Source of the DNA: Macrostomum hystrix
Taxonomy: Eukaryota > Animalia > Platyhelminthes
Direction of reading: 5' to 3'
Length of the DNA stretch: 64,000 nt
Assembly (NCBI GenBank): GCA_950097015.1
Contig: CATNEN010000005.1
Span: 2,976,001-3,040,000 of the forward strand
Below are positions 37,001-48,410 of the stretch, piece after piece. The position numbers and the translations under genes are program-made. The notes beneath the pieces were generated by a model. It saw only the letters and a program-made list of their open reading frames with translations. It was not told the DNA's origin and did no database searches. Within the stretch, counting starts at the first letter, position 1, and each line of letters begins with the position of its first letter.

Positions 37001-37353
37001 GTTGCCTGCGCACACTTCTGACGCTTGTACACCAATCGGCCTTCGCCTTCAGACGGCCGCTCGCCCATTCTCAACCGCAGCCTCTCAGCTTCTGTGTCAA
37101 TCTTTCGCTTACCAATGGCTCTTTTCACGGCGGCTTCAGCAGCTGCCACATCCGCAGTGGTAACTCGGCCAGCATAGACAAACAGACTGTCTAAACTAAT
37201 TCTGGGCCTCTTAGCATCTGGCTGAGGATTTTGCTGCTGAAGCAGAAGACGAAATGCTCCCGGCACTTGCTCAGATGTTGCCTCTGTGGTGGCAGCTGGC
37301 GCTAATGACAGCTTACGTTTCTTCTTTAAACGAATCACAACTGGAGTTGACAT
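34030..37353 (-). CDS. SLC7A6OS: RNA polymerase II nuclear-localisation protein SLC7A6OS/Iwr1, 3 exons, 373 aa
   Basis: Exons 37353-36997, 35447-35180, 34526-34030 (phases 0,1). N-terminal VVIRLKKKRK, central DVYYDVYY and acidic C-terminus with DSNSESNWRNDYPD, the Iwr1-family motifs. Confidence 0.85.
34628..35075. repeat. 30-bp minisatellite in SLC7A6OS intron 2 (sense unit GTTAAGCTCATAATCCTCTCTGATCCCCAG)
   Basis: About 15 tandem units. Confidence 0.93.
35556..36950. repeat. 34-bp minisatellite CAGCTGATTGACAGGCCACTATCCCCTGATTGTT, ~41 copies, in SLC7A6OS intron 1
   Basis: Highly homogeneous tandem units. Confidence 0.96.
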
Positions 37354-39238
37354 TGTTTTTAGGTTGCAGTCTGAAAATGGTATGAAATTACAGATTACTC
37401 ACAATTAACCTTAGTAAACAAAATGTTGTTAATTGGTTACAAAAACAAAACTATAACAATTTTACCATACTAAAAAAATACAGCTTAAAAAAGCTACCAT
37501 ATTTAACTTGTTTAATGTAATTACTAGATTGGACAGACTACTATATGGAAAAGAAATATAAAAGAAAGACCATCAAAGAAAAAACAAATAAATTGCATTA
37601 TTTAAAAATTTTGGAGCCTAAATAAAAAGAATACAGAATTTTCTATAATAATAATAAACAAGAAAAGCATTTTGCTTTGTCAGATTAGTTATTTGTATCT
37701 TAGCTTGCATTGAAAAAAAAGAATTTATAAAAAAATATTTTACACAACATTCTGAAAGCAATATAGTGAAAAAAAATTGAAAACATTGAATAGAATGTTT
37801 TAAATTCCAATTAAATTTTTATAAAATTTGTCAGGTAAGCACTTTTTTCAGTAACTTGCACTTCTTGGAATAAGATGCATAATTACCACCAGACTTGCTA
37901 GAAGTCATTTGCTTTTAAAGCTGTGCTTTAGTATTCTTTGTTTTCTATAATAATTTTATAAGCCCTCCTACATGAATTGTCAATATTTTGCTACATTGGG
38001 GCCTAGCCTGCACCACTTCCAAGTTCCTTTACCACTCTTGCTCTTCTGCCTTGGAATTTTCACATTTGGCATGTGCATGGCATATTTAATTGCCCTTGAT
38101 ATTGTGCTATTGCTCCTTTGTTTCTTAGCTGAGCTCAAAAACCAGACTTGACATTAGCTTTAAAACCTTGAACAATCAAGGTTGATTGCCACCATCAATG
38201 ATCACAATGAATTTGATTTCAGCCAAACCTTGATGGGAAAAGAAAATTTATTAAAAAAGATCTACTTTTGTGTTAATAGATTAGAAAGAACACAGAAAGA
38301 GTTTTAAGAGATTAAAGAAGAGAAAAAACATAGCAGTGCTAAATATGCCTAAGTAGGCCTACTAAGTAGCCTACTGGGGTGGTCAGATTACTTGTCAACA
38401 ACCTTTATTTTCACTATTAGTATTTTAAAACTTATTAGTACTACTCTAGTATGTGCCTTTTACCTACTTTGAGCACTAAGTAGGCTAGGCCTATGCATAG
38501 TGCATATCATAGCTAACTCAATGATATTAGCAATATTTTACTATATGGTAAATAGGCCTATCTTTAACTTTCCTGTACAGAGATGTTGATGTGCTAAAGA
38601 TCAAAATGCAATAAAGTTAGCAGTTTCTAGTTTCTACTGCACTCAAAGAAAGTAGGTGATGCAGAATATAATAATCACATTTAAACCAGCAAAAAATTTT
38701 TAATTTCAAGCCAGAACTATCTGACTAACTTTGTGGTAGAGTGGACTATGGGGTCCATGCACCGAAAAAAAACTGAATTTACCAAACAGTTTAACTAACA
38801 AAATTTCAGGCCTCAACTAACATGCAGTTTAATGTGTATAGGCCTAATGTAAGGTGAGGACACTGGAAAAAACACCGAAAATAAATTCACTTTAATCATT
38901 TCACTAATGGTTTATAGGCCATATGTCTATAGGCCTATATAAGCCCTAGTTTATATAGGCCCTAGGCCTACCATACATGCAACTTATATAGTCTTGATTC
39001 AACTTGGAAATTGGAAATTGAGTCTTGGAAATTATAAGCTTCCATAATAATGATTAGCATTTTGAGGCCAATGTCCGGCAAAAAATGTCCATTTTCATTA
39101 ATATTGCCGGAAAAAAAAATTTTTTTCAGTAGCTTGTTGTTAAGAGGTATGGGTCTATTTCAGTAGCTTACTGTAAATAAGAAATGCAAGGAAATTCATG
39201 CGTTAAAGAAAGTGCTTTTCTTAGAAACATGATATTTA

Positions 39239-40498
39239 GGGTGCGTTCGAGTAGCTTAAAATGACTTAAACTAAACTTAAACTGCAGTTTAAGTTCATTT
39301 TAATCTCTTAAATAAAACAAAAGCTAAACAGACTAAATGTCGAAATAAAGTAAAAAGAGTGAAGCTGAATGATTAAGTAGAATAAACGAATAATTAGTCT
39401 TTACATTCTCGTCTTGAAATTGTGTAGTTTTAGTATCAGATGTACAGTAACCATATGGGCGCAAATTTGACATGCAAACTTGTACGCGTATTTTATTTAG
39501 AATGTGTAGGACACCCCAGTCTTTTCAAATATATTAGCAAATGTGCGAAAATTAAATTATTAAAAGCAGTACACTTCAGTAATAGATAAAAGCCTCCTGA
39601 TTTTTTAAAATTATTTGCTTCTGGGATTTGAACCCAGTCCGCTCGATTGAGCAGAAAGTCTCTTATCCATTAGTGGCCTCGTGCCTGAAGGAAGCTAGAA
39701 ATCAAAAGAAAAAATGTACGTGGTTAAAAATACTCATTTAAATGCAAGTATCTTTTCTCCGAAGAAACTTTGAGAGCTGTAACTGAAGTCATTCGATGCA
39801 AAATTAAAAGACGAATCCAGTGATATATTTCTTAGTAATTAAATAGAAACATTTAATCTCGACAGAAACATTCTTTTTTATAATTTTACTTTTTACTTAT
39901 TTCTGCACAAAAATCACAAAACTTCTCTTTTTACACTTATGCGCAGTGCACAGAATTTTCACTGTTTCAACAAACTAAAACTCGTGTTTTTTCAGTACTT
40001 CAGGAGAAATAATCTAAAAACTTTTTTGATCCTCTGAATTTCAGTACAACTACACATTTACATCTTCATTGAAACAATGGTCATTGTCTTACTTCGCTTG
40101 AACTTTACTTATTGGTTTCTGTAACTACTGAAAATTAAGACCTTAATATAACCACTACATGATCAATTGGAAGAATACAAGGCACAAGCGAAGCAAGACA
40201 ATGAGTTCACACTAATTAAATTAAATGATATTAATATTCAAATTAAAATACGCGAAAGTTCGAAAGTCAAATTTGTGCGCGTACGGCTACTGTACATCTG
40301 ATACCAAAACTACACAATTTCAAGACGGAAATGTAAAGACTAATTATTCGGTTATTCTACTTAACCATTCAGCTTCAATCTTCTTACTTTATTTCGACAT
40401 TTAGTCTGTTTAGCTTTTGTTTTATTAAAGAGGTTAAAATGAACTTAAACTGCAGTTTAAGTTCATTTTAAGTCATTTTAAGCTACCCGAACGCACCC
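39239..40498. mobile_element. Non-autonomous PIF/Harbinger element, 1260 bp, ~235-bp TIRs
   Basis: Begins GGGTGCGTTCG and ends CGAACGCACCC; long imperfect inverted repeats; 3-bp TSD TTA at 39236-39238 and 40499-40501. Confidence 0.9.
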
Positions 40499-41397
40499 TT
40501 AAAACGTCATGTTTCGAGGAATGGTTAATTTTATGTGAGATGTAGATTTTTACGAATGTAAATTTGTGCGGACTCAAGAAAGAAAATGCATAGGCCTAAG
40601 GCTTTGCTACCGATTCACACGTGCTTTTAAACAAAGCATGTGGCCCTGTACATTTAGAGTTTTGAAGGATGCTTTAAACAATATATTTTCAGTTTACCAT
40701 TGATCGGTTTAAATTCTTTTTCAACAATCCTTTATTAGCCGCTTTATAAACTCTTTGAGACAGACAGATTCATTAAAAAGTAGCATAAAAAGTAATCAAT
40801 GTATAATAAAGACCCCAATAAAAATTATCCATGGACAGCAACTAGGGACAAATAACCACTCAGTACATTAAAATTATATTGGCAATAGCTAGGGCCTATT
40901 CATGTTTTTATCTAAAACCAAATGATGATTTTCATGTATCTTCAAACCAAACAGAGAATTTGATGTTCGGTTTTAAAATTTGAGTGAGTGGTTTAATCTT
41001 ATTTTTAGGAGTGATCTATCATAAATTAAGTCATTTGAAAGCATTTTTCATGCTCTATAAATAACTACATTTATGGTAATTTAATTGGAAAGCAACCACA
41101 TACAATCTTAGTCTAAAGTATATGCTAAAAAAGCTGTCAAAAAGTATGCTTTTGTGATAAAAATTTCTACTGAAACATCCATATCTTTCTTTCCTTTTAA
41201 TGCTTCATTGCATGTCATGCCTTAGCTTGTAAATAATTTCATTGACATTCAAAATGTTCAAAATGTTCAAACATTCAAGTTGTTCTGTGAAATACAATAG
41301 CTTGTTTCTGTCTTGCACAAGACCAAGGAAGGAGTCAAAATTCTTGTTCGGTTTTGAAGATACACTGTTTGGTTGATGATACATTACCCTAATACAA

Positions 41398-42111
41398 GGA
41401 TCCTAGACATTTCGTCATCTTAAAACTTCGTCATCCACTTGGAAGGTAGGAGTAGGACCCTTCGTCATCCAGCCAATTGGCAGGCTTTAAAGTTTAGTCA
41501 GTTCGTCCTCTACTAATAGCAAGCAATCAATTTTGTCATCAATAAAGTGAGGGTGTGGTGGTGGGGCAGAGGTGTGAACACATTTCACACTCTAAATTGT
41601 CAAAAAGAGGTGTCACAACTGATTTCATTATAAGTTGAAAGATAGGTGCCAACACAATGTGAGGAGGGGTGGTTCCATACATGCGCAACCTCCCAAATCT
41701 TAGCCGGCCGTGCAACTTAGTTTTTGCTCTCATTTGCGACTTAGTTCATTTCATTGCTCTATTTACAACTTAGTTTGCTCTCATTTGTTCTCTTTTTTTC
41801 TCTCCCCTTTTTCCTTTTCTTCACGCCTTCCTTTTTTGTCCCTTGGTCCCCCCTTTGATTTTTTTGCGCTTGGTCGATTGGTTTTTGTGACTTACCTTGC
41901 TTGGCCCTCGTTTCACCCGGCCGGTTTGGCCGGGTGTTGCACATGTATGGGTGGTTCTGTTCTAACTTTGAAAACTTTTGTTTTATTGATGATGAAGTGT
42001 ACAAGTCTCTAAGTCTATGTGTCTAAGTGTCTTCGTCATCCACCCTCTGAGATATTGGACAGATTGTCATCTGGATGACAAAGTTGTAAGATGATGAACT
42101 GTCCAGGTACC
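41398..42111. mobile_element. MITE with 8-9-bp TSD (Mutator-like or hAT), 714 bp
   Basis: TIRs GGATCCTAGACATTTCGTCATCTTAAAACTTCGTCATCCA versus reverse complement GGTACCTGGACAGTTCATCATCTTACAACTTTGTCATCCA. Flanks (C)TAATACAA at 41389/90-41397 and 42111/12-42119. Subterminal TTCGTCATC repeats. Confidence 0.8.
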
Positions 42112-42742
42112 TAATACAATAAATCACAAATGAAATCAACAAAGTAGCAAACACATGCATCCAGAGGCTTAAACTTTTACTATGCATTAGGATTGCAAAT
42201 TTCCCTTGTGAATGTATTTGCAATGGCTGACTGCATTTCCTATTTATTAGTTTATCTAAATTCAATTTGAACTAGGCCTAAATTTACCATTATATGAATG
42301 ACTTTACAACATATACAATACAGCTTAACAAAAAATAGAAGTGACAATAAAAATTTTTTTTAAGTCAAACATAAAATAGTTGCAGCAAAATGTATAAAGC
42401 CCTGCCATTTAGCTTCTTTCAAACATTTTGGAAGAGCAGAAGCTACAAAATAGCAATTTTAGGGACACACCTTTGCACTTTGATTGAGTTCAAACCAATA
42501 GGTTTTAAATAAGAGATAGACACAAATTACAAATGAAATTTAAACCAAAAAGGACAGGGTAAGCCTAGACAATAGCCATTAGGCCTACTCTTTTATGTTT
42601 TGAGCTTATGAAATACAGTTTTGTTCTGCAGTATGCATGAGAATTAAAGTTTAAACTTTTACCATCTAAGATAAGTACTAAACATAAACTTTTTACATTA
42701 TGTAAAGTTTAAAACATTCTATGGTGCTTTTTTCTTCCAAAA

Positions 42743-43112
42743 AGAATTGTAGAAAAAAAAAGAAAAAAGAAAAAAAGAAGAGGTTGTAGCCTAGAGAAGA
42801 GGTTGTAGCCTAGTGGTTAGGGCGTCGGACTCACGACTTGAAGGTCGGGGGTTCGATTCCCGACTCCACTGGAACAATTTGTGTCCTTTAGCAAGACACT
42901 TAACTCTGCATTGCTTCAGTTCACCCTGCTGTTTAATGGGTACCAGCATCAGCTGGGATAATTGAAGGTGGGTGTGGCGTCCCCCCAGTCCGTGGACTGA
43001 ACAGCTGTACGCAGCCTTCAGATGCGCCGCGCATTAGCTGCGGCTGTGCTGTCGGCTGCACATCTGACCCAATTGGGGCAGGTGTAATCAATTATTATTA
43101 AAATTATTATTA
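42743..43112 (+). mobile_element. Full-length tRNA-derived CORE-type SINE
   Basis: A box TAGCCTAGTGG, B box GGTTCGATTCC, CORE-like GTGTCCTTTAGCAAGACACTTAACTCTGCATTGCTTCAGTTCACCCTGCTGTTTAATGGG, (ATT)n tail, and 11-bp TSD TTCTTCCAAAA (42732-42742; 43113-43123). Confidence 0.88.
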
Positions 43113-43947
43113 TTCTTCCAAAACTGCTCAATCATTAGAATTTGTTTGAACTAGCAACCCTAAAATAATATCAGTGCAATTCCAAGAATTCATAAAAATG
43201 CTAGATAAGCAAATTGATGAATCTACATATATTGTATTCTACATCAAGGATAATAAGCCAAAATTGCACCACAGTATAACATTATTCATTCATGCTGCTT
43301 ATCGCTACCCTTGTGGTCCTGTTTTTATAAAAAGACAAAAGTATTACTTTCACATCATGACATAGAATTCATGACGAATCAATGAGTTTTTTTAATTGGG
43401 TTGACACAATTATATAAAAATAGAATGGTAGGAAGCTATTTGCAATTGAAATAACTTATCTGCTTTTAAACCCATGCAATTCCTGGGTTGAACCCAGCAA
43501 ATGATGTGCCATTTCCCACAGGCCTTCTTAAAATGTTTTTATTATAATTAGATGGCTTAGCTAATAACTAATAATTAATTTTAGCTCTAGCTTGGGTTCA
43601 AGAGGCAAATACAAAGGTTTAGTTTTTGAGTACATAAAAACATTAAATATTTAAAAGTTTTATTTTTACTATACAATATAGTAAACCATTTATTAAATAG
43701 ATAAACCAAATAGTAAACATAGTCTCTCATATATTATGAGAGATGAAAGTTTGGTAATGACTAATTACATAGAAAACCAGTTTTGTAACCAAGGTAAACA
43801 CTTTAGTAAACATGGGATGACAGTTGTGTTTAAAGTTTTCCCAATCTTCAAAAGGCTTTCGATGCTCCTAATGTTCCTAAGCATTTTGCTTAAAATTTCA
43901 CAGCGCAGATAGCTGACCCAAGTCTGCAGTTTTTTTAAGAATCCGAA

Positions 43948-45355
43948 ATGAGCAACGGAAATGGTGGCGGCCGTCAGGAACTTCGCGGCCTGTCGCGCGA
44001 GATCAGCAAACTGGTGACAGTGTCCAATCCTGGTCCGCGTTTCTCCGCTTTGCCTACTTTCTCAGATTCGGACGAAGAAAATGGCAAAAATAAGAATGGC
44101 GGCGAGAATGACGGAGTGGCGCCCAGGAAGAAGCGCAGGCAGAGAATTGTGGGTAGAGCCGGCTATTTTGGCTCCGGAGCAGCCGGCGGAAATTCCGGGT
44201 CGGCTCCGGTCTCAGTGGCCAATGCTGCTGGCTCCGGGCTCCAGTATCATCACCAGCTTAGTATGCAGCAGTTGGCCTTGCAGAATCAGGTTTGTAGATA
44301 TCTAGGGGATCTGGGAAGGTTTCTAGACATCTGGGCGATCTGGGAAGGATTGTAGACTATCTAGGGGATCTGGGAAAGTTCCTAGATATCTAGGGGATCT
44401 GGGAAGGTTTTAGACTATCTAGGGTATCTGGGAAGGTTTCTAGATATCTAGGCGATCTGGGAAGGATTGTAGAGTATCTAGGGAATCTGGGAAGGTTCCT
44501 AGATATCTAGGCGATCTGGGAAGGTTCTAGATATCTAGGCGATCTGGGAAGGATTGTAGAGTATCTAGGGGATCTGGGAAGGTTTCTATATATCTAGGCG
44601 ATCTGGGAAGGTTCTAGATATCTAGGCGATCTGGGAAAGATTGTAGAGTATCTAGGGGGATCTGGGAAGGTTCCTAGATATCTAGGCGATCTGGGAAGGT
44701 TCCTAGATATCTAGGGGATCTGGGAAGGTTCCTAGATATCTAGGGGATCTGGTAAGGTTCCTAGATATCTAGGCGATCTGGGAAGGTTTGTAGACTATCA
44801 AGGGGATCTGGGAAGGTTCCTAGATATCTAGGCGATCTGGGAAGGTTTCTAGATATCTAGGGGATCTGGGAAGGTTCCTAGATATCTAGGGTATCTGGGA
44901 AGGTTTTTGACTATCTAGGGTATCTGGGAAGGTTTGTAGACTATGTAAGGGAACTGGGAAGGTTTTTGGATAAAAGTTTTATGATTTTTGTAGATTATCT
45001 GTCAACGATTGTTAATAATAATATGGATCGATTAAGTGCTTGTTTAACTTACTTAAGAATTCTATTTTTAACTGTTTAATCATCCTCTCTGACACTACAG
45101 ACTGGATCCTGTCAATCGGACAGCATCTACGACAGTCTAGGTCGCATTGTGGCTAACGGACAGGACGCGTGCGACTGTTTAACCCTCGGCTGCCCGGGCT
45201 GCTATTATCCGTGTCCCAGGTGCGGCGGACCCAAATGCGGCTACGAGTGTCGATTAGGCCGCAATACCTACGTTAAACGGATCATAGTTGAGAGTTTGGC
45301 CGATTTAAGAATTAGGAATCGATTAATCCCAGACGATGACGATATCGATAAATGA
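43948..45355 (+). CDS. ARL14EP: ARL14 effector protein-like (ARF7EP C-terminal Cys-rich domain), 2 exons, 198 aa
   Basis: Exons 43948-44289 and 45101-45355 (phase 0). SIYDSLGRIVANGQDACDCLTLGCPGCYYPCPRCGGPKCGYECR matches the ARL14EP pattern YDxxG...CDCLxxxCxGCxYxCPxCGSxKCGxECR. Confidence 0.88.
44290..44966. repeat. 29-30-bp minisatellite GTTTCTAGATATCTAGGGGATCTGGGAAG, ~23 copies, filling most of the ARL14EP intron
   Basis: First unit starts at intron nucleotide +1. Confidence 0.95.
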
Positions 45356-46310
45356 GTTTAGTGCGTAGTTTAAAATAGGTCGCATTTTTTAAGTTAATTT
45401 TTCGTTTTGCAATTTTCCTGGAAAATTCCTGGATAAGTGGATTTTAAAGTGAGTTAACTGGTTTTAAATTTTTATTAAGGAGATTTCTTATGCTTTTTAT
45501 ATGCTTACGAATTAAAAATACGGGTATTATTTAAAGGTATTTTTTTAAATCCTTGACCTTGACGGCTTTGAAATTTGAGAGCTATCCTGAAGTCGGCAGC
45601 GGGTATTAAATAACGCCACGGTCTATCCTCAGACGCGTGTAAACTTTACTGCTAATAATTAGAGACATTTAAATATTAGTAGAAGTAACCGAATTTCACT
45701 TGTCTTCAATTTTATTTTCAATTTAGTGCCTAAAAACTTCGATTTGGCTTTGGTCTCTATGAAATCTATCCGATTAAATCTTTAATGATCATGAAAATGC
45801 AGTTATCAAATGCAAATTAGCTTACGTAGTTGAGTTCATAGTTTTTACAGGTAAATCATTACGAAAAATTTTACTATTCCGTCTAATGTAACTTTTTAAA
45901 ATCCCGACTGTATATATGTCTATATAAATGTACTCGCATATTGGCAAAGTAACCTATCGTAAAACAACACTAATATTTTTCTATTTGAAAAAAAAATGTA
46001 TTTTTCTTTTTTTCAGCCTCGTAATAATTAATTTACTCAAGGTGCTAACTAAAAATTAAACAAAAAATTGTGTGCTTCTTACTTGCGTTTTTTCACAAAT
46101 TGATTTCTAAATCAGACTACTTAAAGAAGTGTGATGAAATTTGCGATTTTTTGTATCAACACAGATCAGAAGATCAGAAATGAAAGTGTAAGAAATTACT
46201 GTTTTTCACCGGTACAATTTGTGCATAGCGGCCAGAGTTAAACTGGCAGAGAAGAGGAAGGAAGCAGAGCAATTTTTGGAATGCTAACAGCGCTGGCTGG
46301 TGACTAGTTG

Positions 46311-47495
46311 GTGTGTGTGTGTGTGTCTTAACCTTGGCTCGGCGGGCCAGGGCCAGTACCTGCTCCTGGGAAAAGCTCGGCGAAGAAGCCCTAGACGGTC
46401 TTGGGCTGGGACCAGAGATCCCGCTGGACGAGCGAGGTGGGACGAGCCAGACAGGCGAACAGATGCGTGACCGACTCTTCCTGGCGCGCCGAGGACCCGA
46501 TTTGGTTGCCGGTCCAGCAGGCGTTTTTGCACGCAAGCGGTGTGGAGGGCGATGGAAAGCTGGCGGGTGGTGAGCGGACCGGGGGAAGGACGGAGAAGCG
46601 GCTGATGCACGTTGATGAAGTTAATGGCGCAGTTGGTGAGCGACGAGCGTAGTTGCCGCCGCGGGGCCGGGACGAGCGACAGATGATGACATGGGTGGCA
46701 CGGATGAAGCGCTTGCACCCAGAACTGCGTTGCCAGAAGCTCAGAGTGCAAGGGACACCGGCAGGATCATACATTCGTCATGTAGATGATCGATGCCTGA
46801 GCAGCTGGGGCACCCGGTGATGATTCTAAGCCTTACAGGGGTCGGCAAACTTATTAGCGTACGGGCCACGGAGAGAACCTAAAAGACGACAGCGGGCCGC
46901 ATTAACTGTAGGAATATGAGAAAGGGGAGAGATGGGACAGGGGAGAGATGAGACAGGGGAGAGATGAGACAGGGATGAGATGAGACAGGGATGAGATGAG
47001 ACAGGGGAGAGATGAGACACAGGATAGATGAGGCATGGGATAAACTATAAACCAGATGAGAGAGAGATGAGACAGGAAAGATGAGACGGGAGACACGGGA
47101 GAGATGAGACTCTCAATCTCCTGATGAGAGAGAGATGAGACAGGGGAGAGATGAGACAGGGAGGAGATGAGACAGGGATGAGATGAGACACAGGATAGAT
47201 GAGGCATGGGATAAACTATAAACCAGACGAGAGACAGGAAAGATGAGACGGGAGACACGGGAGAGATGAGAATCTCAATCTCCAGATGAGAGAGATGAGA
47301 CGGGAAAGATAAGACAGGACTATAGGAGTTGGAGGGGCAACGGGCCGGATTTGGGAGCTTCGAGGGCCGCATCTGGCCCGCGGGCCGGAGTTTGCCGACC
47401 CCTGTAAATCTAAGCGCTGCGTTCTGCGCAGTCTGGATCAGCGACCAGCTGGAGGGGCTGAGGGCGCCCAGACAGGAGCGCAGTAGTTGACGTGG
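46311..47495 (-). mobile_element. Decayed 3' part of a non-LTR retrotransposon ORF2, interrupted by a hAT MITE
   Basis: With frameshifts the minus strand gives VNYCAPVWAPSA..SWSLIQTAQNAALR|IITGCPSCSGIDHLHDECMILPV..HSELLATQFW...EESVTHLFACLARPTSLVQRDLWSQP, the post-RT region and C-terminal zinc-knuckle region of I/Jockey-group-like LINEs. (CA)n tail at 46311-46326; in-frame stops present. Clade not established. Confidence 0.8.
46836..47404 (-). mobile_element. hAT MITE with internal 16-bp minisatellite (copy 2), 569 bp
   Basis: Perfect 15-bp TIRs CAGGGGTCGGCAAAC. Subterminal sequences match copy 1 in reverse orientation, including the CATCAGGAGATTGAGAGTC marker. Confidence 0.92.
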
Positions 47496-47974
47496 CCCCT
47501 GGAGATAGCTTTGTAGGTGACAAGGTGAAATTTGTAGGTGAAATTTGTAGGTGAAATACGCGCCAGGCTATCCATAGTGGCCTAGTTCCATCTATTGTAG
47601 CCCTTGAAGGTCCAGCAGTCCGTCTAGATAAAGGTAGGTGACATTCGGGGTCGGGCACATTCGGGTGACATGCTGATAAATTTTAAAGGCCTGGCAAGGC
47701 TGCATTGAGGCGCAGTGTTAACTCGTGTATAAGGGAAAAATCAGACCTTCGGCCAGAACCATTGAATATCACGATGGTCTGAATAGCTGACTACTTGATT
47801 GATTCTTATGCGCAACAAAAAGTTGGCCCGTGTTCTCGAGTTTCGCGTGCTTATAAGCATTGCTACGTTCGGGGGCAGCACAAAAGATTGTCGGGGGGAG
47901 TCCCCCTTGGTAGTTCTACTGTTAACTTGTCCTAGTGACACGTGGCACAGCTGGGTCAGTTGTACAAAGGCTGC

Positions 47975-48060
47975 TTGCGTACAGCTGTTCAGTCTATGAA
48001 CTGGTAAAACCCAGACTAAAGATTAGTACCCAGTTTACAGCTATCTGGGTGAACTAAAAA
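47975..48060 (-). mobile_element. Degenerate CORE-SINE fragment
   Basis: GCGTACAGCTGTTCAGTCTATGAACTGG...GTACCCAGTTTACAGC..GGGTGAACT is the reverse complement of parts of the SINE at 42918-43012. Confidence 0.6.
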
Positions 48061-48410
48061 TATGTAGCGGTCTTGTTCAATTGCAGGTCTGATTGCGACA
48101 AAGCAGATGGGAACAATGTTTCTGTTACGTAACATAGTAATACTATGTGACTATGGGAACGACTAAAAACCATAGTAGGTTTAGCTTTCGTCATTGTTTG
48201 TGTTCTAATCTGCCACCTATAAAGTGCATTTGAAATCGAAAGGGCGTTTTACAGATCTGATCTTAATTTTTTATTAGGATATGCAAAGAGGTCGAGGAAA
48301 TGCAACTCAAGATGTCGAGAGAGAATAGCTTTCTCTAAGTTTTTACTATTTCAATTTAGGCGCGAATTTAAACATAACTAAATTAACAAAAAATTTGTGC
48401 CAGAACTAAT

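Noticed and set aside
33072-37353. SLC7A6OS-LAMTOR4 as a trans-spliced operon
   Set aside because: Not excluded, but the gap contains a promoter-like CCAAT/YY1 duplication, which favours independent transcription.
28797-42875. tRNA genes at 28797-28873, 39617-39686 and 42800-42870
   Set aside because: Anticodon and T stems are imperfect or non-canonical; one continues into a CORE-SINE body and another matches it.
46260-46290. Sm-site-like AATTTTTGG next to the LINE tail, suggesting an snRNA/SL RNA target
   Set aside because: No recognisable U1, U2, U4, U5 or SL exon-donor sequence around it.
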